Below are positions 22,326 through 26,340 of a stretch of 26,340 bases of DNA, one piece after another. Source of the stretch: Tubiluchus corallicola (Eukaryota > Animalia > Priapulida); assembly GCA_030141605.1 (NCBI GenBank), contig JAQGDQ010001763.1:1-26340 (forward strand), in the 5' to 3' direction. The position numbers and the translations under genes were made by a program. Every line of letters begins with the position of its first letter. Positions within the stretch are counted from its first letter, which is position 1. The notes under the pieces were generated by a model, which ran no database searches, was not told the origin of the DNA, and saw nothing but the letters and a program-made list of their open reading frames with translations.

Positions 22326-22595
22326 GTAGCGCCACAGCAACGTCCCGTGACTGCATGTACAGGATACCGTCATCCAGGACTGGACACATACGGGAAAATT
22401 TCACACACCCGTCAAGTCACTTGTCTGTGGCCAGAAAGGTATCACCAACCCTACAGAGATTTCAGCGTCTTCAGTGATGGAAAAGCCGCCAAGTACCAAG
22501 CCACGTATTCTATATATTACAAAGATTTCGCAGATCACGTGATCAGAGACCAAGATCACGTGACCAGAAATCGAGATCACGTGACGACCACGTGA
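22326..22595 (+). CDS. 'MARE' paralog 2, exon 2 (last); spliced protein 132 aa
   Basis: Acceptor cttctcttattatag|, in-frame VAPQQRPVTACTGYRHPGLDTYGKISHTRQVTCLWPERYHQPYRDFSVF...TTT-TGA. Collinear with the intronless ORF at 25089 (RPATVPTGYRR...RPVRCFLPERYYRPYRTF). AATAAA at 22702-22707. Confidence 0.82.
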   Translation, partial: VAPQQRPVTACTGYRHPGLDTYGKISHTRQVTCLWPERYHQPYRDFSVFSDGKAAKYQATYSIYYKDFADHVIRDQDHVTRNRDHVTTT

Positions 22596-23077
22596 AGCTG
22601 TAAACATCGCCCATTGTTAGCGAGCTAGAGGACGCCTGATGTTTTTGGATATAATGGATGCCCGCATATTAATTTTAAAATCTTGTAGACATGTTTGTAG
22701 AAATAAAAAAGACGCATAGTAAGTTTTAATATAACTAAGCGTCCATTTTGTGAATTTGCAAGTCAGTTTAAAGGAAAACCGAATCCAATTTTACACTATA
22801 GCTCAAAACAATCGTCTGGAATGTTTGTAATGTTGAAAATTATGTTCAGTTGTGACGTCAGCACTAGTTGGGCTCACCCGCCGTCAGTTGACTTTTTAAA
22901 CTATTATTTAATTATTAGAAACTCTTTGGTATTATTATAGGCGTTGACATGATTACTTTTTATTATACCTCAAAGTGTAGTAGGTTACGAAAAATCAGCA
23001 GATGAGTAGTTACTAAAATCAGTTCGGGCGGTGCGTCATGAGAGAACGAATCTCAAATCTCTACTGTTAAGTAGGAA

Positions 23078-23885
23078 CAAATGCGAATTGAATGAGCCGA
23101 TGCGATTTAAAATGAAGTACGCACCACTCTATTGTTAGTCTGGTTCCTACTGTAAATTAAAATGCGAATTGAATGAACCGATGTAATTTCAAATGAAGTA
23201 CGCACCACTCTATTGTTAGTCTGGTACCTACTGTAAATTAAAATGCGAATTGAATGAACCAATGTGATTTCAAATGAAGTACGCACCACTCTATTTAGTC
23301 TGGTACCTACTGTAAATTAAAATGCGAATTGAATGAACCGATGTGATTTCAAATGAAGTACGCACCACCCTATTGTTAGTCTGGTACCTACTGTAAATTA
23401 AAATGCGAATTGAATGAACCGATGTGATTTCAAATGAAGTACGCACCACTCTATTGTTAGTCTGGTTCCTACTGTAAATTAAAATGCGAATTGAATGAAC
23501 CAATGTGATTTCAAATGAAGTATGCACCACTCTATTGTTAGTCTGGTACCTACTGTAAATTAAAATGCGAATTGAATGAACCAATGTGATTTCAAATGAA
23601 GTATGCACCACTTTATTTAGTCTGGTACCTACTGTAAATTAAAATGCGAATTGAATGAACCAATGTGATTTCAAATGAAGTACGCACCACCCTATTGTAA
23701 GTCTGGTTCCTACTGTAAATTAAAATGCGAATTGAATGAACCGATGTGATTTCAAATGAAGTACGCACCACTCTATTGTTAGTCTGGTTCCTACTGTAAA
23801 TTAAAATGCGAATTGAATGAACCAATGTGATTTCAAATGAAGTACGCACCACTCTATTGTTAGTCTGGTACCTACTGTAAATTAG
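23078..23885. repeat. 81-bp tandem repeat, about 10 copies
   Basis: Unit AAATGCGAATTGAATGAACC(G/A)ATGTGATTTCAAATGAAGTACGCACCACTCTATTGTTAGTCTGGT(A/T)CCTACTGTAAATTA. Two copies carry small deletions. Confidence 0.96.
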
Positions 23886-24329
23886 AGCTGACAACAAGTA
23901 CGGAAATAATTCTTTATTAAAGCAAGCTATCTCGTTATTGAATACTTTACCGAAAGAAGATGAATATTCAACAACTTTATCTAACTTTAAAACAAAGTTT
24001 TAGACAGCACGACACAACATTAAATAACTCTAGAATCCTAGTGCCTAGAGGCACTAAGTTTACAGGGTAGACAGTGAGCCTATTAGGTCTAGTATTAGGG
24101 AGCTCCGAAAACGGGGTGACAAAAAGCTAGGACTGTTTAAGGGCCAGAGATACGGAGCAACAATGCGAACAATGCTAGAGCCACAACACTGTTCGCTCTA
24201 TCATACGTGAGTAAACCACACTGGACCAGGCATAGTCAAGAGTACCACATCCGTACCACATAGTCATGTGTACCACAATCCTGGTACAGATTATGCAAAA
24301 CAAAGCATCTTTGATAAATCTTTAGAGCT

Positions 24330-24645
24330 GATGTCAACATAACACAATCTATTATCTTTCTTTCTACCATTTCCACTAACACATCCTTCTACCCTTCCTG
24401 TGTGATCTAACTTTTCTCCCAGTTCATTTTTTTGTTCACTCATCCATTTTTTTATCCGATTCACATGACAGTGGGCTTATACAAGCCTTTGCTTCTCTAG
24501 CCCACTGCAGTACAATTATTCTTTTATGACAATGATAGTGTATGAAAGATAACAATTTAATACAGTAGATGTAATAATTTTGATGTCAATGTGTGCTTTA
24601 TATTGTACTGAATGCGATAATAATAATAATAATAAATAAAAAAAG
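24330..24645 (+). mobile_element. Probable 3' end (3' UTR) of an L2/CR1-clade LINE
   Basis: Pyrimidine-rich tract, then stem CAGTGGGCT-TATACAAGCCTTTGCTTCTCT-AGCCCACTG, long-range CAGTACAAT/ATTGTACTG complementarity, and a (TAA)n-AATAAA-A-rich tail. This matches the organisation I recall for invertebrate L2/Crack 3' ends. No RT ORF seen. Confidence 0.45.
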
Positions 24646-24883
24646 AGTGACAGTATGTCACGAGCCGGTCACTGGTCAGTCACACAGGCTCTCCTGACCA
24701 TAAAAATCTCTTTTTTCTACCTCACAGGACGAGCAGAAAGAAGAAAAAATCAGCTTTTGTGTTGCAACAGAATGGCTGTTTGTTTACAATCAACAATTTC
24801 AAGACTCATGCATTTTCGTTCTGTTGCTTTTTATTCGCAAACAGTAAAAAAATTGTTTCATGCGTTATACTCACCAAAATCAT

Positions 24884-24943
24884 ATCACCATAGCAACGGT
24901 TGCCTAGTTACCAGGTGATCTGTGACTTTGTGTGCTATGTAAC
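24884..24943. promoter_or_regulatory. Tandem RFX X-box-like sites upstream of paralog 3
   Basis: ATCACCATAGCAAC (24884-24897) and GTTGCCTAGTTAC (24899-24911), about 180 nt before the ATG. A weaker GTGCTATGTAAC lies at 24932-24943. Confidence 0.55.
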
Positions 24944-25088
24944 TGCTAATGAAAGTGTTCCCAGCTTCTTCCTCATCTGATTTCTTGTTTCTACAAATTG
25001 TGTGCACGCATCATAGTAGAAAACAAAGAAGTTATTTAGAAGAAGAAAGAGAAGAAGAGGAAAAAGAAGACGAGGGCTGTAAAAAAAC

Positions 25089-26222
25089 ATGGCAAGAGAA
25101 ATGGGCATCGAACACACGTTATTCTGGAGGGACGCCGTCAGGAAAGAACAGCGCATTCGGGGAAGATGGGAAAGAAAATTTGGGAAGTACCTCGACGAAA
25201 TTGATCGGGTGACCATACCGCCACGCCCTGCGACGGTGCCTACCGGATACCGCAGGTACGACCGGATAGATGACCTTTCACAGACGGGGCGTCCCGTACG
25301 ATGCTTCCTGCCTGAGAGGTACTATCGACCGTATAGAACCTTCGAAGCCTTGGAACAGCCATCGTACATAGGACCAAGGACCAGCTCCCGTATGGACCAG
25401 CCATCGTACGTAGGACCAGGGACCAGCTCCCGTATGGACCAGCCATCGTACATAGGACCAGGGACCAGCTCCCGTATGGACCAGCCATCGTACGTAGGAC
25501 CAGGGACCAGCTCCCGTATGGACCAGCCATCGTACGTAAGACCACTGACCAGCTCCCGTATGGACAGGGGAATCAGCTATTGTGGCGACCAGAAAGACAA
25601 ACCATTGGGACAGTCTTTGAGACCAGATGACGTCACTAGAGCAGATTACGAGTACTACAAGAAGATGAGAGCCAGCCGGGATGCCTCCAGAAATGGGGAT
25701 TACGAGGAAGAAAGACTTCCCGTAACAAGTGGAATAGGTAGGATTGATAGCGAGGATACTTACTTGCAGCAAATGTTGCAAGCAAGACCAGCAAAACCTG
25801 TTTGCAGACCAGCAAAACCTGTTTACAGACACGTTAAACAAAATGGTGGCATTAAGCAAGATGGCGCCTCAAGAACTAATGGTGGCATTCAGCAAGATGG
25901 CGCCTCAAGAACTAATGGCGTCAACAGTTGTGGCTACAAAAACTGCGGTTGTCACAAGAAGTTTGAACCCCTGGACGCCATTCATAGGAACAGAGAGGTC
26001 TACGCGGAAAGGGCAGCTAAGCAGAAACCAGCCATACAGACCCACAATTACAGACGTTACAGGGACACGTGTGGCGGGGCGTTTGCGTCACCACGTGACG
26101 TCATAGACTACGGTTTTACGAACGTAAGGAAGCAACCCATGATGGATAACTGGTGTTGCATGCAGCAGGGTGTGAGCAGTGGTTCTATTCAGCAACAAAA
26201 GCCATTTGTGCCTCATTATTAG
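25089..26222 (+). CDS. 'MARE' paralog 3: intronless 377-aa protein with an SPMIP1-like N-terminal module and internal tandem repeats
   Basis: Long ORF whose N-terminus MAREMGIEHTLFWRDAVRKEQRIRGRWERKFGKY is homologous to paralog 2 over about 85 aa. AATAAA at 26281-26286. Confidence 0.85.
   Translation: MAREMGIEHTLFWRDAVRKEQRIRGRWERKFGKYLDEIDRVTIPPRPATVPTGYRRYDRIDDLSQTGRPVRCFLPERYYRPYRTFEALEQPSYIGPRTSSRMDQPSYVGPGTSSRMDQPSYIGPGTSSRMDQPSYVGPGTSSRMDQPSYVRPLTSSRMDRGISYCGDQKDKPLGQSLRPDDVTRADYEYYKKMRASRDASRNGDYEEERLPVTSGIGRIDSEDTYLQQMLQARPAKPVCRPAKPVYRHVKQNGGIKQDGASRTNGGIQQDGASRTNGVNSCGYKNCGCHKKFEPLDAIHRNREVYAERAAKQKPAIQTHNYRRYRDTCGGAFASPRDVIDYGFTNVRKQPMMDNWCCMQQGVSSGSIQQQKPFVPHY
25353..25562 (+). 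repeat. In-frame 42-bp coding repeat x5 ((D/E)QPSY(I/V)GPGTSSRM)
   Basis: Five near-identical 14-codon units inside the paralog 3 ORF. Confidence 0.95.
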
Positions 26223-26340
26223 CAAAAACACACGTGGCTTAAATACCGTCGAAGATTGTACTAGATGCACATATATCTGAAATAAAAAAATGTATTGTTA
26301 CGAGGGAGAAATGTTACTTATTTTCCCCCCTTCCCTTCCC

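Noticed and set aside
22768-23000. Kolobok-like element start (TTAAAGG...)
   Set aside because: No matching CCTTTAA right terminus was found nearby.
23107-23897. 27-aa repeat ORFs on the minus strand of the 81-bp array
   Set aside because: They are broken by deletions in two units, have no ATG or splice context, and show no recognisable motif.
25240-26106. Overlapping ORFs 25240-25545(-), 25278-25859(-), 25744-26106(+), plus 15359-15711(-) and 4898-5098(+)
   Set aside because: They are shadow frames of real CDSs, partly caused by the in-frame repeats.

Overview
AT-rich, microsatellite- and minisatellite-dense eukaryotic DNA, probably from a bilaterian invertebrate. There is no prokaryotic or CRISPR content, and most ORFs in the supplied track are repeat artefacts. 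Reading splice sites by hand recovers six protein-coding loci. (1) One internal minus-strand exon of a Suppressor-APC-domain (SAPCD1/2-like) gene, 415-558. (2) A BTB-BACK gene with a divergent MATH-like C-terminus, CDS in a single exon, 4855-6147 (+). (3) A three-exon, 90-aa, unusually basic barrier-to-autointegration-factor (BAF/BANF)-like gene that the ORF track misses, 11750->9620 (-). (4-6) A tandem cluster of three + strand genes, all starting 'MARE', that share an N-terminal helical module like that of the sperm microtubule-inner protein SPMIP1/ATP6V1FNB. The first (15402-17647) is a full SPMIP1-like gene. The other two (20806-22595, 25089-26222) replace the SPMIP1 C-terminus with a shared region I do not recognise. 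CRE palindromes and RFX X-box-like sites lie upstream of these genes, which suggests a cilia/sperm gene cluster with the BAF paralog arranged head-to-head. Also present: tRNA-derived SINE-like elements, a LINE 3' end, MITE-like relics, and two tandem repeats that each carry CTCF-like motifs. All family assignments come from remembered motifs, not database searches.
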